DNA of 38,838 bases from a virus (taxonomy: Duplodnaviria; Caudoviricetes): positions 1 through 38,838 of the IMG/VR virus record IMGVR_UViG_3300013767_000084, one strand, 5' to 3'. The position numbers and the translations under genes were made by a program. Below, one piece after another: positions 1 to 7,721 of this stretch. Numbering within the stretch: position 1 is the first letter of the stretch; each line of letters starts with the position of its first letter. A model generated the notes under the pieces. The model was not told the DNA's origin. It did no database searches and saw only the letters and a program-made list of their open reading frames with translations.

Positions 1-191
1 CCTGCCACGGCTCCAGCTTGATGCGCTCTTTCGTGCGCGCCCACCGACCTTTGGTGTGCGGCAGCAGCTCGATGAAGCTGCAGATGCGCTCGGCCGCCTC
101 GATGTCGAAGCGGAAAGGGAACGCAGGATCGCCCTTTTCGGCCCTGGCCAGGTCGCGTACTTGGCGCTCGCACGCCAGCTTCACCCACTTG
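1..191. repeat. Terminal direct repeat (assembly overlap), copy 1
   Basis: 1-191 equals 38648-38838 except G92 vs A38739 (synonymous Ala codon in terL); indicates a circular molecule of about 38,647 bp. Confidence 0.97.
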
Positions 192-256
192 CACGCGACG
201 ACGCGGCCAGCCAGGACGTCAGCGACGTACTGGTTGGCTACGTCGACGTATGTCAT
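1..256 (-). CDS. terL: Terminase large subunit, 5' part (continues across the circular junction into 37233-38647)
   Basis: ATG at 256 overlaps the terS stop (ATGA); reads MTYVDVANQYVADVLAGRVVACKWVKLACERQ, in frame with ORF 37233..38831; joined protein about 556 aa. Confidence 0.93.
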   Translation of the reverse strand, partial: MTYVDVANQYVADVLAGRVVACKWVKLACERQVRDLARAEKGDPAFPFRFDIEAAERICSFIELLPHTKGRWARTKERIKLEPWQ

Positions 257-801
257 TTACGGAATTGCCCCCATCCGGGAGCCGCGGCGGCCTGCGTCTC
301 CATGCCCGGCAGCTGCGGCTGATTGCTCGACGGCGTGATGCGCGCGCGCTGCGACGGCGACATGCCGAAATGGCCCGAGTAGCGGGCGACCGCGTCGGCC
401 TGCTGGCGGATCATGTTGACCAGCGCCGCCTGCTGGCGGAAGCCCTTAGGCGTGACGTCATAGCAGCACCACTCGACGGCCTCTTCGTAGGTCATCCCCG
501 CGTTGGCGACGCGCTCCGCAATCTTCGCGTTCAGAGCCATCTCGAGCTCGACCATGCGACCCCACGCCTGGCAGTACAGCGCCAGCATGGCGCGGTCCAT
601 TTTGGCGATCAGCCCCTCCTCGACCAGCAGCGGCGTAATGCGCTTCCATTCCTTGAGCGCCTCCTTGCTGAGGTGCTTCGGCGGGCCGGGCACTTCGACC
701 AGCGGATTCACGCCGTCGGCGAGGTTGATCGGGCGTTTTCCCGGGTTTCCCCGGACCAATCTCAGGGCAGTCGGCGTCGGTTGCGGTCCACGTTTTCCCA
801 T
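253..801 (-). CDS. terS: Terminase small subunit, P27 family
   Basis: MGKRGPQPTPTALRLVRGNPGKR N-terminus, PPKHL, ALYCQAW and FGMSPSQRARI motifs; directly upstream of terL. Confidence 0.93.
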   Translation of the reverse strand: MGKRGPQPTPTALRLVRGNPGKRPINLADGVNPLVEVPGPPKHLSKEALKEWKRITPLLVEEGLIAKMDRAMLALYCQAWGRMVELEMALNAKIAERVANAGMTYEEAVEWCCYDVTPKGFRQQAALVNMIRQQADAVARYSGHFGMSPSQRARITPSSNQPQLPGMETQAAAAPGWGQFRK

Positions 802-943
802 CTCTCCTCAGGGAGGCATAGCACCCCCCCCTCCAAAACCTGCGCACACAAAAAAAACACGAACCGGTCGGTCAGGCGGCCAAAGGCCCCAGAGATCGAA
901 CACCCCCCTCCATATGTGCGCGCTGGCGCACGTCAGGCCGGCA
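802..943. other. Candidate cos/packaging region
   Basis: Non-coding gap between HNH and terS, the usual cos position in HK97-like phages; two GGAGGGGGG(GG)TG tracts on the minus strand (822-834, 901-911) and an A-tract. Confidence 0.55.
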
Positions 944-1300
944 TCACGGCTGCCGCTCGCGGGCCGTCTTCGCCTTGTGGCAGGCCGCGCAGATCGCCTG
1001 CAGGTTGGCCGGATCATCCGTACCGCCGTTCGCCTTCGACACGATGTGGTCGACGTCCTTTGCCTCCGTCACGCGCGCCAGCTTTATGCACGGCCGGCAC
1101 AACCCACCATCACGCTGCAGCACGGACGCGCGCAGCTTCTGCCACTGCCAGCCATAGCCGCGCTGGGTCGTGCTGCCCTTACGGTCCTGCCGCCTGGACC
1201 ACTGCGACGCGAGGTGCACATGCGTCTCGCAGTAGCCCGGCTCGGCGATGCGCCGGCCACAACCAGGTGCTCGGCAGATCGATGCAGCACGCGCCGGCAT
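944..1300 (-). CDS. Terminase-associated HNH endonuclease (HK97 gp74-like)
   Basis: CRAPGC..YCETH, RGYGWQWQKLR, CRPC, VDHI, NLQAICAACHKAKT; immediately upstream of terS. Confidence 0.93.
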   Translation of the reverse strand: MPARAASICRAPGCGRRIAEPGYCETHVHLASQWSRRQDRKGSTTQRGYGWQWQKLRASVLQRDGGLCRPCIKLARVTEAKDVDHIVSKANGGTDDPANLQAICAACHKAKTARERQP

Positions 1301-1635
1301 CAACGCACCATCAACCAGATCCCGCCTACCACCAGCAGCGCCACCGACATCACGGCGACGGCTGCCACCACACCACTGCACGCACCGCGACTGACAGGCT
1401 GCGGCAACAGGATCGTGGACGGCACGTCCTGTTGCCGCACTAGGCGATACTCGGCAAGTGCCGGGACCGGATCGAACCCGGTCGCATCATCCCGCTCCGG
1501 GAAGTACTCGCACTTGACCGTCACCGCCTCATCGACCGCGCATCGCAACTCAAACGATCGCGTGCTGCGCGGCAGCCCCAACGCCTTGACAAGCTGCTGC
1601 ACGAATGGGTCGTACGACCCCATGAGTCGAGCCAT
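1300..1635 (-). CDS. Hypothetical phage protein with C-terminal transmembrane helix
   Basis: MARLMGSYDPFVQQLVKALGLP... 111 aa; stop overlaps the HNH start; hydrophobic C-terminus. Confidence 0.65.
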   Translation of the reverse strand: MARLMGSYDPFVQQLVKALGLPRSTRSFELRCAVDEAVTVKCEYFPERDDATGFDPVPALAEYRLVRQQDVPSTILLPQPVSRGACSGVVAAVAVMSVALLVVGGIWLMVR

Positions 1636-1727
1636 TTCGAACCCCAAAAAGTAAGGCCGGCGCGAACAGGGAGAACGCGCCGGCCTATCGGGAATGACTC
1701 GCCACCGCGAGCCCTGGAGAAAAAGGG

Positions 1728-3110
1728 CTATCCGGTTTTCCGTGTGGAAGTCTTGCGATGAGCAATAATCTTCTGCGTGTTGAAGCGCGACTCGCAAACC
1801 TCGCAGACCAGCGCGCGTTTCGAGCGCTGTCCGCGAGTCACCGGCGGCAACGTCACGAGGTGCATGTCCTCGGCGCGGCACGGCAGCCCGCAGTTCGCGC
1901 ATGGATTCCCGTCGTCCTTCAGCAGGAACTCGAAGAAGAGCGGTTGCTTGACCGGGTCGCCGTAGTTGGCAAGGATGCGGGCGCGCAACACCTCGAAGCT
2001 GTACCCGCGCCCAGCCTTGACGATGTGCTTGGTCAGGTTGTTCAGCGATTCGGTGAAGGCGTTCGTGTACTTGTGGTCGAAGACGGCCAGAATCTCGCTG
2101 CGCCAGTTCCGCATAGCAGTCAGCAACGGCTTGAACTCCGGCTTGACGGACGACTCGACCGAGGCCGCAAAGCCGTCGAAAGCCCGGATTGCTTGGTCCT
2201 TCGGCAGGTCGAACAGGCTGTAGAACGCCTCCTTGGCGCGATAGGCCGCCGCAATCTCCGGCTCGTTGTCCAGCCACATTTCCAGATTGAAGCGCTGCTT
2301 CTCGGTCAGGTTGTGCGGGCGCTTGTTGAGCATGACCTTGGAGCGGACCCAGTGCCGCCGCACTTCCGGCTGCTTGACCTTGGCCAGCCGAATGCGCACG
2401 CGGTCCATCGCCTCGCCGGCCATCCGCATGATGTGGAACTTGTCCACGACCACGACGGCGTTGGGCAACAACTCGGCCGCAAGTCGTTGGTACGGGCGCC
2501 ACATATCGATTGTCACGACCTTGACGACGTTGCGGTCCTTGAACTGCCACAACCAGGCAGCCAAGGTGTCCTTGTCTCGGGCTGGAAGCATGTCCAGCAG
2601 ACGACGGCCTTCCACGTCCGTCAGAACAAGCCGCAGCTCGCCTGCAATCTTCGTCTCGTCGATGCCAAGCACTCTTGGCAGCCGCGGCTTGTGCTGGGAC
2701 TCCAGTTCGCCCATGCGCTCGGTGGCCACGGCTCGCACAGTCTTCTCGTCGATGCCAACCTCTCTGGCCACATGGACGAAGGTGTGCTTCAGCGCCTGCC
2801 GGGCAATGAACTCCGCGCAGCGCACCGTCATGCGGCGCTCGTCCAGAACACCGCCCAGAGGTTGCAGGAATGTCTCGCCGCAGTCCCTGCACCTGTAGCG
2901 GCGGACCGTCGCCTCCAGCTTGGCTGCAAAGCCGCGCAGAGGCGCATCCGCGTACGTCGTCTTCTTGGTGCCGTGCCGGTAAAGCTTGAGGCCTCCGCAC
3001 TTGGTGCAGGCGATTGGCTCGTGCACGTATTCCGCCGAGAAGGTCTCTACGAGCCCCTCGGTCCTTTTGTCGGTCAGCGACCAGCCTTCCATATCGAGAA
3101 TGTCTTTCAT
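1728..3110 (-). CDS. ISL3 family transposase
   Basis: N-terminal CTKCG...CRDCG zinc finger, HTH region, LGIDE, VTIDMW, VVDKFHI, TNAFTESLNN motifs; extra C-terminal CxxC..CxxC. Confidence 0.93.
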   Translation of the reverse strand: MKDILDMEGWSLTDKRTEGLVETFSAEYVHEPIACTKCGGLKLYRHGTKKTTYADAPLRGFAAKLEATVRRYRCRDCGETFLQPLGGVLDERRMTVRCAEFIARQALKHTFVHVAREVGIDEKTVRAVATERMGELESQHKPRLPRVLGIDETKIAGELRLVLTDVEGRRLLDMLPARDKDTLAAWLWQFKDRNVVKVVTIDMWRPYQRLAAELLPNAVVVVDKFHIMRMAGEAMDRVRIRLAKVKQPEVRRHWVRSKVMLNKRPHNLTEKQRFNLEMWLDNEPEIAAAYRAKEAFYSLFDLPKDQAIRAFDGFAASVESSVKPEFKPLLTAMRNWRSEILAVFDHKYTNAFTESLNNLTKHIVKAGRGYSFEVLRARILANYGDPVKQPLFFEFLLKDDGNPCANCGLPCRAEDMHLVTLPPVTRGQRSKRALVCEVCESRFNTQKIIAHRKTSTRKTG

Positions 3111-3155
3111 CCCCGGATTTTAATGTGGAAACCGCATTCCCAATCCGGGAGACGA

Positions 3156-3632
3156 CTAGGGCTTCATGAAGACCATGAAATGCGTCTGGCCAGCGCGACG
3201 CCCCGACGTGTTGCCGAACAGCGGCTGATGCGGCGTCAGCGTAAGCACCTCGCGAATCGGAACCTGCACCTCGTTCCACTTGAAGACAAGCACGCCCTGA
3301 GAAGCCAGCACGCGGAAGCACTCCGCGAAGCCCTTCTTCAAGTCCTCGTGCCAGTCGTCGGACAGCTTGCCGTACTTGGCAGCCATCCAGCTCTTCGGGC
3401 CAGCACGCTTCAGGTGCGGCGGGTCGAAAGCGACGAGTCGAAAGTGCTCGTCCGGAAAGGGCAGCGCTCTGAAGTCCATCACTTGGTCGGGCTCGATGCG
3501 CAACGTTCGTCCGTCGCAAAGAACATGCTCTTCCTGACGACGGTCCCCGTACACAGCATTCGGATGTTTTTTGTCGAACCACCACATGCGACTGCCGCAG
3601 CAGGGGTCGAGTATGAGCTGAAGTTGCTCCAA
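3156..3632 (-). CDS. SAM-dependent (probable N6-adenine/N4-cytosine DNA) methyltransferase, phage type
   Basis: ILDPCCGSRMWWFDK (motif I) and VAFDPPH (motif IV-like), FAECFRVL; TTG start at 3632 with AGGAG RBS (ORF is open to 3671). Confidence 0.85.
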   Translation of the reverse strand: MEQLQLILDPCCGSRMWWFDKKHPNAVYGDRRQEEHVLCDGRTLRIEPDQVMDFRALPFPDEHFRLVAFDPPHLKRAGPKSWMAAKYGKLSDDWHEDLKKGFAECFRVLASQGVLVFKWNEVQVPIREVLTLTPHQPLFGNTSGRRAGQTHFMVFMKP

Positions 3633-3816
3633 GGCGCGGGCTCCTTTCCACACGAAATTCCGTTCCACCATTATACTTCATCATTATGGTTTCCACACGT
3701 TATTCCGATTACCCAGAAAAAGAAAAGGGCCGAGACACACGCCTCGGCCCGAATCCGTGCTTGCGACCGACTCACTCACAGGGCAAGGAGACACTGCTCA
3801 GCGACGCGCGCCGCAA

Positions 3817-3900
3817 TCAACCCGGCCAGCGCGTTACGCCCATCGACCCCATCACCATCATCGCCACAACCAAACCGCCCAGCACCCATGCGTAGAACAT
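3817..3900 (-). CDS. Small hydrophobic peptide (27 aa)
   Basis: MFYAWVLGGLVVAMMVMGSMGVTRWPG with GGAGG RBS at 3907-3911; below the ORF track length cutoff. Confidence 0.5.
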   Translation of the reverse strand: MFYAWVLGGLVVAMMVMGSMGVTRWPG

Positions 3901-3918
3901 ATCCGGCCTCCGGAATGC

Positions 3919-3951
3919 AAAAAGCCCGACACGGAGATCCGGGTCGGGCTT
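3919..3951 (-). terminator. tR'-like intrinsic terminator of the late leader
   Basis: AAGCCCGAC...GTCGGGCTT stem followed by a U-tract on the minus strand, just downstream of the late promoter. Confidence 0.75.
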
Positions 3952-3989
3952 CAGTTTCACCGTACGCACTGAGCGCACAGCGTAGCGGA

Positions 3990-4018
3990 AATTTACTGGT
4001 GTCCGGTCAGGATTTCAA
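3990..4018 (-). promoter_or_regulatory. pR'-like late promoter
   Basis: TTGAAA-17 bp-TAAATT at the end of the Q-like gene, followed by TACGCT (-10-like pause element) and a terminator. Confidence 0.7.
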
Positions 4019-4417
4019 TAGGACATCCCAAGGTGGTGTCTTAACCTTCTGATTCTTCAAACAATATTCGACCCCGACCAAAAGGGAATCGTGCAGGCGC
4101 CGGACATGCCGCTCACTGGCCCGCTGGCGGCGCGCCATCATGGGCTGCGTGAGCTCGTGCACATACCAGTCGCCAGCCAGTTTTTGCAGGTCGCCCGGCA
4201 GCTTGCGCACGGCCTCGTGCGTGCGTTCGCAGTCCTCGTCGGTCACGGGTACATACGCCTGCACCGGCAGCGCGCGGATCTCCTCGATGGTGAGACTACT
4301 CGCCCCATAGCCGCGCGGACCATCGCGCCGCGCCCAGGCACCCCATGACCGCAGCCGCTCGACCACCCACCGCAACTGATCGCGCCTCATGCCGCTGATG
4401 CTGGCCCCAACAGTCAT
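4007..4417 (-). CDS. Late antiterminator Q-like protein
   Basis: RLRSWGAWAR N-terminal motif, C-terminal HTH-like region; last early gene before the promoter/terminator pair and late operon. Confidence 0.75.
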   Translation of the reverse strand: MTVGASISGMRRDQLRWVVERLRSWGAWARRDGPRGYGASSLTIEEIRALPVQAYVPVTDEDCERTHEAVRKLPGDLQKLAGDWYVHELTQPMMARRQRASERHVRRLHDSLLVGVEYCLKNQKVKTPPWDVLLKS

Positions 4418-5484
4418 CACACCCCCTTCGCGGACGCGCCGCACAAGTAGCCGTTTTCCCGGAACTGCTGCAGCAGCCGACCCCGTTTCGCGATGGGACC
4501 AGGCTTGCCGGCGAGCGAAGCGGCGAACGCTTCGTCGGCGCGCTTCTGCGCCTCCGCCGTGCGCTTTGCCTGCTCGCGCGCATGTGCGATTTTCTCGGCG
4601 TGGTCGGTCTTCCACGCCTCACCCTGTTCTTTCGCTTTCCGCAACAATGCATGAAGGTAGGCCCACTCATCCGATACGCCTCCGGCCTTGATACAGCCCC
4701 GCCATTCGTCCAAAACGCGCTGCCCGAGAGCTTCGCCTAGCGGAGTGATCGCGTTGGCCAGACAGCGCCTGTCCTCGTCCCTCAGGTTCGCTGGCCACGC
4801 CAGCTCATCGCGCCATTCGACGGCGGACCTCGACCCCTCTTCTGCAAGCCAGCTTTTCTCACCGCCTGTCAACTGCTCGTGGCGTTGCTCTGAGGGCCGT
4901 GGCCCTGGTGCTTGATTGTGTTGGGGGTCCGATTCACCCCCCGCGCCATCGGCGTGGGGGGCTAGATGAACAGATTCGCCGGAGCCGATGAGCTCTGCTG
5001 CGCGGGGAGGGTTGGGAGGGGTATTGTTTATACCGGACTTCGGATGTGTGTCGGCTTTGGCCTTTTCCACAGCCCGCTGCTTACGCCGGGATTCCCTGAT
5101 TTCACGCGGTTTCCCGGGCGTTTTCTGGACTGTCGACTTGCTGTCGGCTTTTTTCCGGACAGAAGAATCCGTGTCAGCGAGCGGGCAGAGGAAGGCAATG
5201 CGAAAGCGGTCGCCGATCTCGCGCACGAGACCGTGCTTGACCAGCTGCTTGACCAGGCGCCGAATCATGGATTCCGAATGCGTGGAGGCCTTCACGCCGG
5301 GCCGGCCCTCCACGTAGATCCACTCCTTCAGCGCCTGCCAGGAGATACCGACGCCGACCTTTCCCACCGTGCCGGACGCGAAGTCCATGCGCGGACGGAT
5401 GGCGGCCACGTAGAGCCGGAATGCCGCGTGGCCGAGCCCCGCCAGCGCGTCGAGCTCGACCTCGTTTAGCTTGATCGTTGCCAT
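4417..5484 (-). CDS. Phage (lytic) replication initiator, O/RepL-like
   Basis: N-terminal wHTH-like region (FRLYVAAIRPRMDF...IRRLVKQLVKHGLV), low-complexity linker with short internal DNA repeats, position after cro-cII. Confidence 0.7.
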   Translation of the reverse strand: MATIKLNEVELDALAGLGHAAFRLYVAAIRPRMDFASGTVGKVGVGISWQALKEWIYVEGRPGVKASTHSESMIRRLVKQLVKHGLVREIGDRFRIAFLCPLADTDSSVRKKADSKSTVQKTPGKPREIRESRRKQRAVEKAKADTHPKSGINNTPPNPPRAAELIGSGESVHLAPHADGAGGESDPQHNQAPGPRPSEQRHEQLTGGEKSWLAEEGSRSAVEWRDELAWPANLRDEDRRCLANAITPLGEALGQRVLDEWRGCIKAGGVSDEWAYLHALLRKAKEQGEAWKTDHAEKIAHAREQAKRTAEAQKRADEAFAASLAGKPGPIAKRGRLLQQFRENGYLCGASAKGV

Positions 5485-5492
5485 GGATTGCC

Positions 5493-5843
5493 CTACCTGG
5501 TGACTGGCGTCGTGTCGAGCCGGTCGAAGTTGGAGAGGTCTTCCCACACGTCGCCGAGATTGGCGGCGCCGTCATAGGTGCCAATCCAGTGCTGCAGGGC
5601 CTCGTTGACCCGCATCTGGGCCGTGTAGTCGTGGTGATGGATGCTGACCAGCCGCAGCACCCGCGACTTGCCACGCCGGACCACAAACACCGCGAAGGGC
5701 GCACCGCCGCCCAGCACGCGCGATTTCACACGCGGCCAGGCAATCTCCAGCTCGCGGCGGGTGAGCGGCTTGCGCGGGCGCAGGACCAGCGCGCGCTTGA
5801 CGGGCCGCGGCGCAGCCATCGGCGCCAGATCAGTCCGCGTCAT
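5493..5843 (-). CDS. Hypothetical protein
   Basis: ORF fills the gap in the early operon, overlapping the cII stop. Confidence 0.6.
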   Translation of the reverse strand: MTRTDLAPMAAPRPVKRALVLRPRKPLTRRELEIAWPRVKSRVLGGGAPFAVFVVRRGKSRVLRLVSIHHHDYTAQMRVNEALQHWIGTYDGAANLGDVWEDLSNFDRLDTTPVTR

Positions 5844-6354
5844 GAGCACTCCCCTGCGGACGTTCGGCCGCCGCATCGATGGAGCGACAGAGCCGCATGA
5901 GCACCTGCGCGAGCTGCTCCGCCTCGAGCTGGATCTTCTCGCGCTCTTTCGCCGTGATGCGCCGATCCGCCGTCGCCGCAGTCACCTCCTGGATCACGTC
6001 GCCGAACTCGCGCGCCAGGTCGCCCACCTGCGCCATGATGTCCTTCGCCGTGACCTCGCCCGCATCCGTTCCCACATCGATCGCCAGCATGCCGTGCTGC
6101 CAGCACAGGGCGCGCAACGGCATCTTGGCGCCGGCATCGCCGCCCGCCTCCAGCAACTCGATGATCAGCGAGTACTCCTCGACCGACAGCAGATGCGTCT
6201 TGACCTCAGGCCGCAGCTTGCTGCGCAGCACGGCCGGCGACACCTGCTTATCCATCCGCTGGCCCAGCGCGATCGCCAGGCGCGGAATGCCGTACTTCAT
6301 CGCCCGGCTGTACAGCGCCTCGAGCGGGTCGATGTCGGAGTATTCGTACGTCAT
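5830..6354 (-). CDS. Phage regulatory CII-like protein (CP76/YmfL type)
   Basis: LRSKLRPEVKTHLLSVEE and DRRITAKERE motifs; directly downstream of cro. Confidence 0.8.
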   Translation of the reverse strand: MTYEYSDIDPLEALYSRAMKYGIPRLAIALGQRMDKQVSPAVLRSKLRPEVKTHLLSVEEYSLIIELLEAGGDAGAKMPLRALCWQHGMLAIDVGTDAGEVTAKDIMAQVGDLAREFGDVIQEVTAATADRRITAKEREKIQLEAEQLAQVLMRLCRSIDAAAERPQGSAHDAD

Positions 6355-6450
6355 GTGCAATTTCCAGATTTTTGAACGTGTTAACGACGCGGCACTTTGA
6401 TTAATCTCTCGCCTAACGCGGCAACGACCGCGACTCAGGGAGAAAAATCG

Positions 6451-6627
6451 ATGTATCAGCCAAAGCCGAAATTCCTACGGACCCTCACGCCGGCGCAGCG
6501 CAAAGCGCTGGACCGCCAGCGCCGCCACGCAGGGCAGCGCGTGGCAACGCCAGGGCACTCCCCCACCCCTGCCAAGCAGCCGGCCACTCCAGCTCGGGCC
6601 AGATCTCTCGCCAGTCCTTCGGCCTGA
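6451..6627 (+). CDS. Possible small basic protein antisense to the cro 3' end
   Basis: GGAGA RBS then MYQPKPKFLRTLTPAQRKALDRQRRH...; overlaps cro tail. Confidence 0.35.
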   Translation: MYQPKPKFLRTLTPAQRKALDRQRRHAGQRVATPGHSPTPAKQPATPARARSLASPSA

Positions 6628-6799
6628 GATCCACGCGCGAAACGCGCCCCTCGGTGTAGCGCTCGATCTGAACGCAACGCGCCGGAGGCGGCTCAACCCC
6701 GCGCGCCCACTGATGAATCAATGACTGGGACACGTCGATCGCCGCCGCGAACTCCTGCTGCGTCTGGCCCGCCTGTTTGAGGTAGGTATGAAGCTCCAT
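6485..6799 (-). CDS. cro: Cro-like HTH regulator (YdaS family)
   Basis: TQQEFAAAIDVSQSLIHQW HTH, IERYTEGRVSRVDLRP.DW..IWPEL signature; divergent from cI. Confidence 0.88.
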   Translation of the reverse strand: MELHTYLKQAGQTQQEFAAAIDVSQSLIHQWARGVEPPPARCVQIERYTEGRVSRVDLRPKDWREIWPELEWPAAWQGWGSALALPRAALRGGAGGPALCAAPA

Positions 6800-6807
6800 G
6801 GAGCGCG

Positions 6808-6887
6808 ATATTAGAAGTTCTAATCCATATGGTCAAGAGCACTTCTAATTGGGATGTCCTAGTCTTTAGTAGAGACTCTAATAAAAT
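6808..6887. promoter_or_regulatory. OR-like operator cluster with pR and pRM
   Basis: Operators ATTAGAAGTTCTAAT (6810-6824, palindrome), CAAGAGCACTTCTAAT (6834-6849), AGTAGAGACTCTAAT (6868-6882); pR TTGACC-17-TAATAT on minus strand; pRM -10 TAAAAT at 6882-6887. Confidence 0.85.
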
Positions 6888-6893
6888 CTCGCT

Positions 6894-7703
6894 ATGGCTA
6901 CCGTACCGAAACGCTCCCTTACCGCCGAAGAAAAGGCCGATGCGGACCGCTTGAATGCGGCCTGGCAGGCATACAAGCTCAAGTGCAAGGAAAAGGGGGA
7001 AAGTCCCACCCAGGAATGGCTGGGCTCCGTCACGAATCTTGGCGGCCAAAGCGCCGTGGGCCAGTATTTACGCGGCCTCATCCCCCTTAACCTCAAGGCA
7101 CTCGTCGCCATATGCAGCGCGATCGGCGCTCGCCCCGAGGAGATCAGTCCTCACCTCGCGGGCCCTTTGGCGGAGATTAGCAGGAATCATAATACTAGGG
7201 AAAACCCTGACAACGACAGTAGAAGTGCTAATTCTGCAGAGGCTTACAATTCCCCAACGGCCGGGGACAATTTCGAGGCGGGGCCAGACCTTCGCCCGCG
7301 ACGTTACCCGGAAATATCGTGGGTACAAGCGGGGTTATGGACGGTGATTGGCGAGAATTTTGTGCCGGACGAGTCAGTAGGATGGCACTACTGCCCGTTC
7401 GATTTGGGGGAGCAGGGCTACGTGCTTCGGGTCAAAGGCGTGTCGATGACAGCGCCGGCAGAGGCGCGGCACTCATTCCCGGAAAATACGCTGCTGTTCG
7501 TGAATCCGGATCTGGAGTCCGTGCCCGGCAAGTTTGTGGTGGTGGCACGCAACGGCAATGAGGCGACGTTCAAGCGGCTCACCCTGGTCGACGGCGAGCT
7601 GTTCCTCGAGGCACTGAATCCCGCCTGGCCAAACCGCTATATCCGCGTCGAGCCTGACCACCACTTCTGCGGCGTGGTCGTGTTCTCCGGCATGGCGCTG
7701 TAA
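6894..7703 (+). CDS. cI: CI repressor (HTH + S24 autopeptidase)
   Basis: TQEWLG..QSAVGQYLRG HTH; ISWVQAG cleavage site, VKGVSM (Ser) and ATFKRL (Lys) catalytic motifs. Confidence 0.95.
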   Translation: MATVPKRSLTAEEKADADRLNAAWQAYKLKCKEKGESPTQEWLGSVTNLGGQSAVGQYLRGLIPLNLKALVAICSAIGARPEEISPHLAGPLAEISRNHNTRENPDNDSRSANSAEAYNSPTAGDNFEAGPDLRPRRYPEISWVQAGLWTVIGENFVPDESVGWHYCPFDLGEQGYVLRVKGVSMTAPAEARHSFPENTLLFVNPDLESVPGKFVVVARNGNEATFKRLTLVDGELFLEALNPAWPNRYIRVEPDHHFCGVVVFSGMAL

Positions 7704-7721
7704 ATCAAAAAAGGCCGCATT

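Larger units (their letters stand above)
1726..3714 (-). mobile_element. ISL3-family element with passenger methyltransferase (1,989 bp)
   Basis: Exact 8-bp direct repeat AGAAAAAG at 1718-1725 and 3715-3722; imperfect terminal inverted repeats GGCTATCCGGTTTTCCGTGTGG / GGGTAATCGGAATAACGTGTGG; encloses transposase and MTase. Confidence 0.88.

Noticed and set aside
1-191. Terminal repeat as a biological phage DTR
   Set aside because: It falls in the middle of terL, and the HNH-terS-terL layout suggests cos packaging; best explained as assembly overlap of a circle
1300-3696. 798-aa minus-strand ORF and 764-aa plus-strand ORF (1758-4052) over the IS
   Set aside because: Arg/Ala/Gly-rich alternative-frame or antisense shadows of the transposase and MTase in GC-rich DNA; only the last 111 aa of the minus ORF look like a real gene
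3715-4000. tRNA or structured ncRNA in the late leader
   Set aside because: No cloverleaf or T-loop motif visible; hairpins are explained by a terminator and a small ORF
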